From Bacteroidales bacterium (lineage in GTDB: Bacteria; Bacteroidota; Bacteroidia; Bacteroidales; CAIWKO01), in NCBI GenBank assembly GCA_035389045.1, contig DAOORA010000041.1, positions 1 through 38,456 of the forward strand: a stretch of DNA of 38,456 nt, given 5' to 3'. A program made the translations under genes and the position numbers. Shown here piece after piece: positions 16,769 through 27,500 of the stretch. The notes beneath the pieces were generated by a model. The model was not told where the DNA came from. It was given only the letters and a program-made list of their open reading frames with translations, and did not search any database. Position 1 is the first letter of the stretch; the number at the start of each line of letters is the position of its first letter.

Positions 16769-18307
16769 TTAAAAACTGTATTTCAGTTTCAGAAAAATAT
16801 CGTCGTTGCGGGTGACTTTGCCAAAACTTGTTGTCCGGTTACCATCCAGCAGGTGGGCACCCAGGATCAGTTCTGCATTATCCACCGGTTTATAAGAAAT
16901 TTCTGGCATATATATCCAAGCAATATTTTTACTGAAATATTTGTAATCATTTACCTGTATGCCACCGTTGAGTATACCTATTTTTAGCCTGCCGTTATCC
17001 GAAGTCCACTGAAATGATAACATATAATAATCATTGAGCTCGTGTGGGCCACGTTCGTGAGTAAATCCATGCAGGTACTGAAAATTCAGATAAAATCCAT
17101 GTTTAAAGGTATAATCGAGCCCGGCAACAAATTTGATATAGGGTTTGTTGTCCAGCACCAGCGAATCAGACATGACAGAATCTTTGCTGATTCCCAGACC
17201 GGGTACGGAATAATGCAATGTTCTTTTCATATAATTTTTTTGCGGAAAAAAACACGCTGCTTCCCCCCATATTCCGACACCTTTTATGGATCCGGCAAAA
17301 TCAAATCCCAGGACTTTCATGACCGGAAAGGAAACGGTTGTCTTTATATCAATGGTGGCATCAGCGCGGACCTGGGGGGCGAACATGAACGTATCTATGG
17401 TAATATTGCTCTTCATTTCGGCAGGCAGGGGGAGGGCGTCACGGCCGTATACATAGCTGACCGAAAGGTCAAAACTCCCGAAACTTTTTTTTACTTTCAG
17501 GCCGAAGGAAGGATAATGTTTAATGGTTTTCTGAGGCAGCGCCAGCGTATCGGAGATAACGCCCGGCGTAAGGTATATCGGAATTGCGAGGCCTGGGACA
17601 AAGGTGGTGTCAATAATCATTTGAGGTATCTCATATGCAGGCATGAAGGCGGGCGTCCATTCCGGGCCGGGTAATACGGAAGGTGTAAACCAGGGTATCG
17701 CTACACCGGTAAAAGTAAAACTTTCGAGATAGTAGGTCAGTTTTATTGCGTTGGAACCAAGGTGCCGGCCAAAGTCCCAGATGTCTTCCATGTCATAAGG
17801 GTTCAGGTTGTCGGTAGGATTGAGCCTGTCTGCTGTCCCCCAGGCAATTCGCTGCCGGCCAATCCTGACGTCGAAATTTTTGGTGAACAGTCCGTAAATG
17901 TCAACATATGCTTCCCGGAGATCGGCATCAAAATTAAGCACTTTCTTTTTATCAGACAGATCACTAATGTTTTGGATTTCGGGGAAGTGATAACTTCGCA
18001 GCCATACTTCCGCATACATTTTGCTTTTTTCTCCGGGTTTGTATTCAAGTTGGGCATCAAGACGGTATTCCTGATAATTCAGTTTTCCTTCCAGGAATTT
18101 AAGCCTGTCGTCCGACTGTATATAACCAAAAACCTGCAGCCTGGGTTCTTCAGACGGTTCGCTATAATTTTCAGTCTGTACAGGCTCGTCAGCAGGGTAT
18201 ATGAAGGATGTATCAGGCAGTGTGACAGCGGACGTGTCCTGTTGGGCTGCGATACGATGGACTGTCAGAATCAGCAGCATGACACAGGCAATGATTTGAG
18301 GTTTCAT
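16769..18307 (-). CDS. Outer-membrane beta-barrel protein (DUF1302-like)
   Basis: Signal peptide; LREAYVD, RIGRQRIAWGTAD.LNPTD.LNP.D; C-terminal FLKLKYSF barrel signature. Confidence 0.75.
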   Translation of the reverse strand: MKPQIIACVMLLILTVHRIAAQQDTSAVTLPDTSFIYPADEPVQTENYSEPSEEPRLQVFGYIQSDDRLKFLEGKLNYQEYRLDAQLEYKPGEKSKMYAEVWLRSYHFPEIQNISDLSDKKKVLNFDADLREAYVDIYGLFTKNFDVRIGRQRIAWGTADRLNPTDNLNPYDMEDIWDFGRHLGSNAIKLTYYLESFTFTGVAIPWFTPSVLPGPEWTPAFMPAYEIPQMIIDTTFVPGLAIPIYLTPGVISDTLALPQKTIKHYPSFGLKVKKSFGSFDLSVSYVYGRDALPLPAEMKSNITIDTFMFAPQVRADATIDIKTTVSFPVMKVLGFDFAGSIKGVGIWGEAACFFPQKNYMKRTLHYSVPGLGISKDSVMSDSLVLDNKPYIKFVAGLDYTFKHGFYLNFQYLHGFTHERGPHELNDYYMLSFQWTSDNGRLKIGILNGGIQVNDYKYFSKNIAWIYMPEISYKPVDNAELILGAHLLDGNRTTSFGKVTRNDDIFLKLKYSF

Positions 18308-18333
18308 TTTTTATTGTTGAAACAAAGCAAAAA

Positions 18334-19077
18334 CTACTTAATTAATTCCCTTTCGGTAAAGACATCATCGGAAAAACCATTATCAAACTTGGCCGAAGTA
18401 ATGGTCATTTTGGTTTTTGTACCGCTTTTCTTGTCTTCCATTACAAGTTCTTTGGCGATGGTGTATCCACCAATTTTTACTATATTATTATCGGTAAGTA
18501 CTTTATATAGTTGCCCACTTTTATCGTAATGCTCTACCTTTACCGGGTAGTTGTCTGTGGTTCTCACATACATAATGAGTTTTGAATAATCGGTAATGAT
18601 TCCGGCTTTGGGATTCAGTTCCAGAATATGATAACCATTAGCCGTACTTTTGAGTTTGGGCAACCATCTTGAAGAATATTTTTTGGCTTCCATATCTTCG
18701 TATGAAAAATCCGTTCCGGCAAATTTTGAGTTTTTGACTGAAGATGCTATTTTCCTGGTTTTGCCAAAAGCGGGCAGGTATACAGTGAGGTTGTCATTGG
18801 GTAACGAAAGGAATCCGATACCTTTCTGATCGGAAGGCGTCAGGAATTTTACCAGGCGCTTATCGCTTCCTTTCTGTTTTACGTTCATGGTGCGTACACT
18901 CTCACGGGATGATTTGTCGAATATGGTGATGGTGGTTGATAAGAACTGATCTTTGGGGGCATTGATAAGATTATCCACTTTTAGCAGAATTGCGGAAGCA
19001 TCCTGTGCAGCAGTTTTTAGTTGTGCGGACATAACCAGCAGCGACGATAATACCGGGATTAAAAATATTTTTTTCAT
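18334..19077 (-). CDS. Outer-membrane lipoprotein-sorting (LolA-like) protein
   Basis: Signal peptide; F..P.D.KG..FL, YLPA..K.RKI, F.GTDFSYED, YDK.G.L.K, F...F.ER.L. Confidence 0.85.
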   Translation of the reverse strand: MKKIFLIPVLSSLLVMSAQLKTAAQDASAILLKVDNLINAPKDQFLSTTITIFDKSSRESVRTMNVKQKGSDKRLVKFLTPSDQKGIGFLSLPNDNLTVYLPAFGKTRKIASSVKNSKFAGTDFSYEDMEAKKYSSRWLPKLKSTANGYHILELNPKAGIITDYSKLIMYVRTTDNYPVKVEHYDKSGQLYKVLTDNNIVKIGGYTIAKELVMEDKKSGTKTKMTITSAKFDNGFSDDVFTERELIK

Positions 19078-19099
19078 GGTTAAATTGAATTGGTAGGGG

Positions 19100-21385
19100 T
19101 TAATTTAATCTGGTTATTCTTATTTCATTTTCTTTTACAAGTTTTAATTTAAACAAGCTGAGAAAAGCGGGTAAGACGGTTATAGCGCCTAATCCGCTGA
19201 AAAACATGGTGATGGCTATGAGTATGCCAAAATTAACAAGGGGAAGGAGATTCGCGAAGATCAGCACAAGAAAGCCAAGCATCACGGTCAGAACGTTGAT
19301 AGAAATCGGTTTTCCAGATATCCTGATCGCGAATGCAATGGCATCTTCAACGCTGCGGCCCTGTATGATATGGTGTTTGTATTCGGTAATGAAATGTATG
19401 GAATAATCAATTCCTGCACCAACGGTGATACTTGCAATAAGAATAGTGCAGATATCCAGCGCCATTCCTGACAAACCCATGAAACCAAAGATGATGATAA
19501 TGGTAAACAACAGGGGGATCATTCCGATAAAAGCGCTTCGCGGTGACCGTAACAATATAACCATTGAAATGAAGATGAGCACCAGGGAGAGTATAAGACT
19601 CTGAAGGAGGTTTTTCATCAGGCTGTCGTTAAATTGTGAGTAAACACCTGGAAGGCCGGTCTGTGCAAAGGCTGCTTCGTCTGAATTCTGAACGGAGAGA
19701 ATTTTATTTATTGATGAAAACATCTCTTTATATCTTTTGGTATCCACATTACAGGCATAAGCCTGTATAATGGCTTCTGTCTTGTCATTGTTGATCATTT
19801 GCCTGAGCATCTCATCCCCTTCGATAAGAAACATCAGGTTTGCAACTTTATCGCGTTTGTCAGGTAGTTGTTTTCCTTCGCCCATACAATCGTTCATTTC
19901 TTCCAGGAAATCCACTACACAGGAAACATTCTTTATGTCGGGCTGATCTTCAAGAAAATCCTGTACTTTTTTCATTTTCATCAGTGTCGCCGGGTCCTGT
20001 ATGTCGCCACGAACCCGGACCATAATCGGTAACGATCCCCCGAATTCATTATTCATGATCGAAGCAGTTATACGAATATCTGTTTCAGGTCTGAAATAAT
20101 TGAGAATGTCAATTTTATTTTTCAGAAACGGCATGCCGGCGATCATCACCAGGACAAAAATCAGCGATATTACAAGAATCTTTTTTGGATGATAAATAAC
20201 CATATCAGATAGCTTTTCGAGAAAGCGATCTATGGGTTCGAAATTTTTAAATATGAAGGATTTATGATGAATTTTTTCAACGGGGAGATACGACAACAGG
20301 GCGGGTGTAAACGTGACATTGATGATTAAAATAAACAATACCCCTAAGGCGGAAAAAATACCAAACTCATTGATAATATTGAGATAGGCGCCAAAAATGA
20401 ACGACAGGAATCCCATAACGGTGGTTATTCCTGATAGTAAAACTGCTACTCCTACGCGGCTAAGAGCTTCTGAAGACTGTCTGAGTTTATCTTCCGGGGT
20501 CCTGACTACGGTGCGAAACCTATTGTAAACATGTATTCCATAGGCACAACCAACAGCAAAAAGTACCACAGGAATGGCGTCAGATATAGGCGACAAACGG
20601 ACATCAAAAATACTCATCAGCCCCATACTCCAGATAACCCCCATAGCCACAGCTATCACGGGAATAATCACGCCTCTGACAGACCGGAAGCTAAGAAATA
20701 ATACAACACTTAGCAATAAAATGATCAATGGAGTGAGCAGTAAGAGGTCTTTTTTGATATAATCCATTATACTGAGGAACTGAAAAGGAAGTCCTTCAAA
20801 ATAGAATTTCTCAGGATAATGCTTTGAAGTAACCAGTTCTTTAATACTCTCTGAAACTTCGTTTTTATCGAAATCCACATTGTATTTACATATTATTACG
20901 GTATATCTGGAATCAGCCGAAACAAGCCGGCCCTTATACCATGTTTTTGACATGGCATATTCTTTTATTCTTTTACATTGTTCATCGGTTTGCGGTAGGG
21001 AGTTTTCATCAATGAGTCTGCCTAAATCAAAGCCGTCTTCTGTTTTCTTAATGTCCAGCACATTGGTAATGCTGGTGACATAATCAATGCCCGGCAAATG
21101 CCTGGCACTTGTGGTGAGGTCATTGATGTTTTTCAGGGTTTCGACTGTAAATACTTCTTTTTGTGCTTCCACAATGATGATAGCCATGGATTTGGAAGAA
21201 TAGTTTTTTCCTATATTATTAAAAATGGCAACCACAGAATCGTTTTCGGGCAAATACGTAGTGATATCAGGATTAATTTTTATGTCTTTCAGAAAAAAAG
21301 CCATCAATGCTGTAATGAGAATGAAAACAACAATGATCAGGGCTCTGAGCTTAATTACAACTTTTGAAAATTTCTTCATAGGCAA
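19100..21385 (-). CDS. MMPL/RND-family exporter
   Basis: Two repeats of periplasmic domain + TM bundle; G..YGIH..NRF, GAGIDYSIHF, TT..GF.S; 761 aa. Confidence 0.9.
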   Translation of the reverse strand: MPMKKFSKVVIKLRALIIVVFILITALMAFFLKDIKINPDITTYLPENDSVVAIFNNIGKNYSSKSMAIIIVEAQKEVFTVETLKNINDLTTSARHLPGIDYVTSITNVLDIKKTEDGFDLGRLIDENSLPQTDEQCKRIKEYAMSKTWYKGRLVSADSRYTVIICKYNVDFDKNEVSESIKELVTSKHYPEKFYFEGLPFQFLSIMDYIKKDLLLLTPLIILLLSVVLFLSFRSVRGVIIPVIAVAMGVIWSMGLMSIFDVRLSPISDAIPVVLFAVGCAYGIHVYNRFRTVVRTPEDKLRQSSEALSRVGVAVLLSGITTVMGFLSFIFGAYLNIINEFGIFSALGVLFILIINVTFTPALLSYLPVEKIHHKSFIFKNFEPIDRFLEKLSDMVIYHPKKILVISLIFVLVMIAGMPFLKNKIDILNYFRPETDIRITASIMNNEFGGSLPIMVRVRGDIQDPATLMKMKKVQDFLEDQPDIKNVSCVVDFLEEMNDCMGEGKQLPDKRDKVANLMFLIEGDEMLRQMINNDKTEAIIQAYACNVDTKRYKEMFSSINKILSVQNSDEAAFAQTGLPGVYSQFNDSLMKNLLQSLILSLVLIFISMVILLRSPRSAFIGMIPLLFTIIIIFGFMGLSGMALDICTILIASITVGAGIDYSIHFITEYKHHIIQGRSVEDAIAFAIRISGKPISINVLTVMLGFLVLIFANLLPLVNFGILIAITMFFSGLGAITVLPAFLSLFKLKLVKENEIRITRLN

Positions 21386-21389
21386 AATT

Positions 21390-21989
21390 TCATACTGTTT
21401 TTTTTCTTGTAACTATGCCGTAAAAAAGTATATCTAACAGATTATCAACATGATGTTCAACCTGTCGCATATCTTTTTCTTTCGAAATAGCATATTCAAA
21501 TCCTTTCATGGCCATAATTATTGCTCCGGCTATGAACCTGATGTTTTTGCTGACAAACTGCCCCTGGTCAATGCCAGTTTTGATTATTTCCGATATCATT
21601 TCAAGTTCCTGTTCATCATATTGCTTACGGATCCTCTCCAGAACAGGAAGGTTTTCAAGATATTCCTGCTGAATAGCGCTGTAAAAATTAACCGTGCTAT
21701 GAAATAATTCCATTCTTTTTAATATGTACCTCCTCAACTTGTCCGGGGGATTTTTTTCTGTTTCAAGCGCACGGAATAACTCTGCCCCCATTTTGCTGAC
21801 TTCGTATGCAAGAACGGCCTCAAAAATCTCTTCCTTATTTTTATAATAATAATAGAGCGCACTCTTACCTTTTCCTAAATATTTTGCAATGTCGTCGAGG
21901 GTTGTTTTTTTATATCCATATTTACTGAATATTTCCTGTGCAGCCCTGACGATAGATTCTTTTATACCCCAACCGTTTCCGGAATTCAT
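21390..21989 (-). CDS. TetR/AcrR family transcriptional regulator
   Basis: IV.AA.EIF...GY.KTTLDDIA..LG.GK.ALYYYY.NKEEIF helix-turn-helix. Confidence 0.95.
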   Translation of the reverse strand: MNSGNGWGIKESIVRAAQEIFSKYGYKKTTLDDIAKYLGKGKSALYYYYKNKEEIFEAVLAYEVSKMGAELFRALETEKNPPDKLRRYILKRMELFHSTVNFYSAIQQEYLENLPVLERIRKQYDEQELEMISEIIKTGIDQGQFVSKNIRFIAGAIIMAMKGFEYAISKEKDMRQVEHHVDNLLDILFYGIVTRKKTV

Positions 21990-22000
21990 AGTATTTATTT

Positions 22001-22055
22001 TTTCGACTATTTGATTATAATGTTCAAATATACAAAAGTTTTAATTCCGATGCAA
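22001..22055 (-). promoter_or_regulatory. Promoter (-7 TATATTTG, -33 TTG) with overlapping candidate TetR operator
   Basis: CAAATATA 22025-22032 and CAA 22053-22055 (20-nt spacer); inverted repeat TATTTGA (22008-22014)-N9-TCAAATA (22024-22030). Confidence 0.55.
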
Positions 22056-22146
22056 GTCTTTTTAATATTTTATTAAAGTCATGGAAGCTTATGGAGCCTT
22101 TTAGAGGAATTGACCTGCAGTTTTTTATTCAAATCCTATAAAGGAT

Positions 22147-23058
22147 TTAATATCTGAGCGCGCCGGTAATTTCTGTTATTGAGTTTATATGATGGCGTGA
22201 GCAGTAATCATGGAGTCCGCTGATGATTTTTCCACAAACGGAAGGATCAACAAAATTTGCGGTGCCAACCTGGATGGCAGTGGCGCCTGCAAGCATAAAT
22301 TCTATGGCATCGGTGGCATTCATGATTCCACCCAGGCCGACCACGGGAATTTTTACAACCCGTGACACCTGCCACACCATACGTAGTGCAACAGGTTTTA
22401 TGCATGGACCTGACAAACCACCCGTTACGGTTGACAGCACTGGTCTTCGGGTTTCAGCGTCAACAGCCATGCCAAGCAGTGTATTGATCAGCGATATGCT
22501 GTCAGCTCCGGCATCTTCTACAGCTTGTGCTATCTCCGCGATATTGGTTACATTGGGTGAGAGTTTAACAATCAGTGTTTTGTTGCTGGCATTACGCACT
22601 GCTTTTGTTACCGAGGCAGCAGAAGCGCAGCTGGTTCCGAAAGCCATCCCCCCTGTTTTGACATTCGGGCAGGATATATTAAGTTCCAGGGCGGGAATAC
22701 CATCCAGATCATTCAGTTTTTCAGCTACCGCTACGTAATCGTCAATTTCTGATCCTGAAACATTTACAATGATGTTGGTGTTGTATTGTTTAATTTCAGG
22801 GTAAATCTGATTGATAAAAAAATCGATACCTTTGTTTTGCAAGCCCACTGCATTCAACATCCCCGAAGATGTCTCAGCCATGCGCGGGTAAGCGTTACCT
22901 TCGCGGGGTTCTAAAGTTGTACCTTTTATTATTATTCCTCCCAGGGAGTCGATGTCAACAAAATCACCGAATTCACTGCCGTAACCGAAGGTTCCCGATG
23001 CTGTAAGAACGGGATTTTTCAACTTCAGTTTGCCAATAGTTACCTTCAGATCTGCCAT
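22147..23058 (-). CDS. pyrD: Dihydroorotate dehydrogenase family 1B, catalytic subunit
   Basis: [66 protein letters not shown]. Confidence 0.97.
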   Translation of the reverse strand: MADLKVTIGKLKLKNPVLTASGTFGYGSEFGDFVDIDSLGGIIIKGTTLEPREGNAYPRMAETSSGMLNAVGLQNKGIDFFINQIYPEIKQYNTNIIVNVSGSEIDDYVAVAEKLNDLDGIPALELNISCPNVKTGGMAFGTSCASAASVTKAVRNASNKTLIVKLSPNVTNIAEIAQAVEDAGADSISLINTLLGMAVDAETRRPVLSTVTGGLSGPCIKPVALRMVWQVSRVVKIPVVGLGGIMNATDAIEFMLAGATAIQVGTANFVDPSVCGKIISGLHDYCSRHHINSITEITGALRY

Positions 23059-23819
23059 TTCAGTTGATTTATATTGAATACCGGGCCATCAGTACATACA
23101 CATTTGTTTCCATGAATAGTTTCTGTAATACAACACAGGCAGGCGCCTATACCGCAGGCCATTGTATTTTCGAGCGAGACTTCGCAGTCCGTATTGTTTT
23201 CTCTTGCCACATAGGCAAAAGCTTTTAACATAGGCAGGGGGCCACAGCAAAATAATCTGTCAAAGGTGTTCAATTTTTTCATAACAGGGTTGACTGTGAT
23301 AAATCCTTTATCGCCCCGGCTTCCGTCATCGGTTGAAATATGTATCTCGCCATATTTTTCAAATTCCTCTGTCCGTAAGATATCTGAAGAAGTGCGGCCA
23401 CCTAATAAAATGGTCGTTTTTTTGTTTTTCTGATGCAGGCAGCGGGCAAGGTAGAGCAAAGGGGCTATTCCGCAGCCGCCACCGGCCAACATCACCTTTT
23501 CCGCATTTTCGGTGTTAAATGAATTGCCGAGCGGGTAAACAAGGTTCAGTGTTTCGCCTGCTTTCATCAGCGAAAGGCTGCGTGTTCCGCTTCCAATAAC
23601 TTTTATCAGCAGGTACAACAGGTTATTTTTATAGTCAACATCATGAATGGATATCGGACGCCGTAAAAACACTGCCGGATTGTTATCTATTTTGATCTCC
23701 GCGAACTGGCCTGGATTCATCACTGGCAGTGGCGGGTCATCGGTGAGCACTACCATGAAAAACTCATCGTTGAGTTTATGGGTACTTACTATGACCAGAT
23801 CCTGAATAAACTTTTTCAT
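23046..23819 (-). CDS. pyrK: Dihydroorotate dehydrogenase electron transfer subunit
   Basis: [39 protein letters not shown]; overlaps the pyrD start. Confidence 0.95.
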   Translation of the reverse strand: MKKFIQDLVIVSTHKLNDEFFMVVLTDDPPLPVMNPGQFAEIKIDNNPAVFLRRPISIHDVDYKNNLLYLLIKVIGSGTRSLSLMKAGETLNLVYPLGNSFNTENAEKVMLAGGGCGIAPLLYLARCLHQKNKKTTILLGGRTSSDILRTEEFEKYGEIHISTDDGSRGDKGFITVNPVMKKLNTFDRLFCCGPLPMLKAFAYVARENNTDCEVSLENTMACGIGACLCCITETIHGNKCVCTDGPVFNINQLKWQI

Positions 23820-23854
23820 CGTTATAGGGATAAAAAAAAGCCCGGTCGACGGAC

Positions 23855-24343
23855 TTATTCTTCTTGTTCTTTTTGATCTTCGTTTATATTAGTTTTTTCT
23901 TCAGGCATTTTTTTCAGTTCTTCTTCTTCGGAAACTTCATCTTTTTTTTCCGTCTTTTCAGAAAAATCAAGCAGGTTGTTTGCTATTAACTGATTATACC
24001 AACTGATGACTTTTCTTATATCTGAGGTATAAACCCTGTCTTTATCGTAATCGGGGAGGATCTGCTCAAAATATTCACGGAGTTTTATATCATCCGTTTT
24101 GTGATCGATGGTTTTACCACCCTGTTCCCTGTCGTAAATAAGTCTGAAGACCTCTTTCAGTGGTTTTTCGGTTTCTGTTGTGAATATAAAAATATCCTCA
24201 AGGTTACTTATTTTGTCGGAGGGATATACAGGTATTCTCTTTTTGTCGATGAGTGATTCAACGATAAGGCCTGTTTTGGTATGGGCAATAGTTTTGAATA
24301 ATCCCGGCCTGCCGGTTACTGATAGTATTTCCTTTAAATCCAT
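23855..24343 (-). CDS. DUF5606-family conserved Bacteroidota protein
   Basis: L..ILS..G.PGLFK, IVESL.D.KR, L.DI.IFT, LP.YD.DRVY.SDI.K...WYN.L; acidic tail. Confidence 0.8.
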   Translation of the reverse strand: MDLKEILSVTGRPGLFKTIAHTKTGLIVESLIDKKRIPVYPSDKISNLEDIFIFTTETEKPLKEVFRLIYDREQGGKTIDHKTDDIKLREYFEQILPDYDKDRVYTSDIRKVISWYNQLIANNLLDFSEKTEKKDEVSEEEELKKMPEEKTNINEDQKEQEE

Positions 24344-24475
24344 AATTATTTTTTCCGCAAAAATAAAAAATAAAGTGCAAACAAGTCAATAATCCTTACA
24401 CTTAATATTATGAGGCCATCGTGATGCAATTATTTGTACACATATTTTGACCTTCAGGGAATTTTTTGATAGGGC

Positions 24476-24513
24476 AAAAAAAAAGGTGTTTCTGCGGGAG
24501 AAACACCTTTTTT
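24476..24513. terminator. Intrinsic terminator (bidirectional form) downstream of the 24529-29208 gene
   Basis: AAAAAAGGTGTTTCT-gcggg-AGAAACACCTTTTTT perfect stem with A/T tracts on both sides. Confidence 0.9.
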
Positions 24514-24528
24514 GTTGAAAAAAAAGAA

Positions 24529-27500
24529 TTATTTACTGATCAGTTTTAATATCTGACATTTTGAAACATCAGTTCCGGTAAATTCAAGCTTAAACGTGAA
24601 CATACCACCAGACAACTTTCCGGCAGGGAATTCGAACGTATGTTTTCCTGCTGCTTGTGATTCATTAACGAGTTCCGTAACAAGTTCACCGATAGTATTG
24701 TAAACCTTGATCTTCACGGTTCCGTTTTCCGGCAGATTATAGGTCAAAGTGGCCTCTCTTCCGAAAGGATTCGGGTATGCAGAAAATTCAAGATCTCCAT
24801 CGTTGTTGTTCTGAACAAAGATCTTCGGCATGGTCAGGTATGCATCTGTGTTTTCTTCGCCATACTGGTTGCCGATCACGCCTGTTCCGCTTAACGAGAA
24901 ATCAAGTTCGCCGGAATTCATGGTTTTATTGGAGATAAATCCCAGAATGATCATCTCGTCATCGCTTGCTACATCGAAATGATTGGTAGTAGCAAAGACT
25001 ACCCGGATGACTCCGTTTTCGTCCGTTACCAGCAGGTCGTTATCTTCAGCAATGATTTCCTCTAACGTAGGATTGATCTTGTTCATGTTCTTATTACCGG
25101 TTTTGGGCATAGAAGCGCTGACCAGTCTGAAATCTTTGTGTGGATAATTTAATTCAAGTCCCAGCGCGGAGAACTCATTCATACCGGTGCTGATACGCAA
25201 AGGTACTTCAAAATAGGAAGGATCGCTGGTGGTTACATAATCGTCAGCAACGGTAATTATATTCTGTGGTAATACCTTGGTTGTGTTCCAGTTAACCAAC
25301 GAATCGCGGTATCTGGTGCTGGAGGCATTAAAGTCACCGTAGCTGATGGTTTTGAGTGTGATGTTCAGGTCGGCGCCGGCAACGGTAATACCTGTGTCAA
25401 GTGCCACCCAGTTACCTTTGGGGAAGTTTTTGGATGCGTTTAACGGGGAGCCGATCTTAGCTTTTATTCTGGACAGGTCAATGGCATTGATAGCAGTGTT
25501 ATTATCAACATTGGCTGCCTTTTTATATTTGGCTGAAAAATTTCTGGAAGGATCAACCAGTGTGTCAGCTCCTACATAATATTTTGTGATAGCCAGGTCA
25601 ATGGCGTTGACATCATTGGCCCACAGCATGGTATCGGGAGTGTACTTGTCATATGAAAGGATATAATTTCCGTCAGCGACATTAGTGAACAGGAATACGC
25701 CTGATGCATCACTTGTATCTCTGGCCACTTCCGTTCCGCCGGGGTTATTCTTTAATATGACGATCACATTGTCAATGTTATACATGACCGCGTTGTAGGT
25801 AGGGGGATTGGGAGCCGGGGAACCATTGTTTGCTTTACCGGCATAACGTGTTTTTCCACTAATGTTATGGCCGGTTCCACCAACGGCGGTTATAGCAATA
25901 TCATCAAGCAGCAGGTTCCACATATCTGCAGCGCTTTTGCAATGGAATCCAATATAATAATTACCTGTCGTTGTTACTGTGAACGGAGTGGTTGACATAA
26001 GATAATTAGTGTCTGATATGGAGGTGAGATCCGTTAAAAGCGTGGTCATTCCGGGAACGTTGTTTGTAGTACCGATAAATACATCCATAGCTTCAGGATA
26101 TGCATTGCTCATGGCTCTGTAATAAAAATCCAGTTGATAGGGAGTGCCTGCAACCATACTTATACATTTGGTAAAAAGCCAGTCATTTGCTGATGAATCG
26201 GTGTTGTACCCGTATAATGCAAAATTATTACCGGTGTGCGCGTATACGGCGCCGGTGAAAATTCCCCATGTATAGCCATCAGTATTGGCATCATCTAACA
26301 TCCAGCCTGTAAGGAACTCCGAATCTTCAAAGCCCATGGTGTATGGTATAGATGCTGCTCCTGAATGGATGTAAATAATGGCTGTATCATTGGTAAGGTC
26401 ACCATCTCCGGATATTCCGGTATAGGCCATTATAATATAATCGCCGGGGACAGAAAGGTTAGCAGCATTGGCGCCTGTAAAAGTATAGGTTCCGGTGTCG
26501 CCGGGTGCAATACTGGAGGTATAGGTAGCCGTGACCGGCGTATTATTATTGATCTGGTAGGAAACGGGGAACCCGGTAAGTGCATTAGCGCCGTTATTTA
26601 TTATATTGATGGTAACATTTTCGGCAGAGGATAATGCGCTGCATGATGATACAGGTGCAATGATCTCAGATACTTCGCCATCATAAGGAGGAACGATGGT
26701 CACAGAAATATCATCCAGAAGCAGATAATACATGTCAGCCGCGCTTTTACAATGGAACCCTATATAATAATTTCCGGAAAAAGGAACGGTAAAGGTGTTG
26801 GATGACAACATGTAATAATCGTTAGATATGGTGGGCAGATCTACTAATGTGGTAGCCATACTGGTTATGTCAGGTGACATTCCGATATACACATCCATTG
26901 ATTCAGGATATAAAGCACCCATACCACTATAATAAAAGTCAAGTTTATAAGTATTTCCCGGTATCATGTTTATACATTTGGTGAACAACCAGTCATTAGC
27001 TGCGGAATCAGGGTTGTAAACGTATGCAGCAAAATTAGTGCCTGTATGCGAATAGGTTGTGCCGGTATAGATACCCCATGGATAACCATCAGCATTGGCA
27101 TCGACCAGTGACCAGCCTGTTAAGAATTCATTATCTTCAAAACCCATGGAGTAGGGTAGAGTGGCTGCACCTGAATGTATAGCAATAGCCGCGGTATCGT
27201 TCGAAAGATCGACGTCATTGGTTATAGCTGTATAGGCGAAAATAATGTAATCACCGGGAGCAGAAAGGTTAGCGGCATTGGCACCGGTGAAGGTAAAGGT
27301 GGCAGAGTCTCCCACAGCAATGGTTGAAGTAAAGGTGGCGGTAACCGGAGTGTTATTGTTTATCTGGTAAGAAACCGGAAAACCTGTCAGTGCTGTTGTG
27401 CCATAATTTTTGATTTTAACCACAATGTTTTCAGCTGCCGACAACGGGGTGCATGAAGATGCCGGCGCAGTGATCTGTGCAACACCACCATCGGGCACGG

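Noticed and set aside
17042..18529. Long plus-strand ORFs 17042-17674 and 17762-18529, and the other short antisense/nested ORFs in the track
   Set aside because: They are shadows of well-supported genes on the other strand or frame, with no recognisable motifs.
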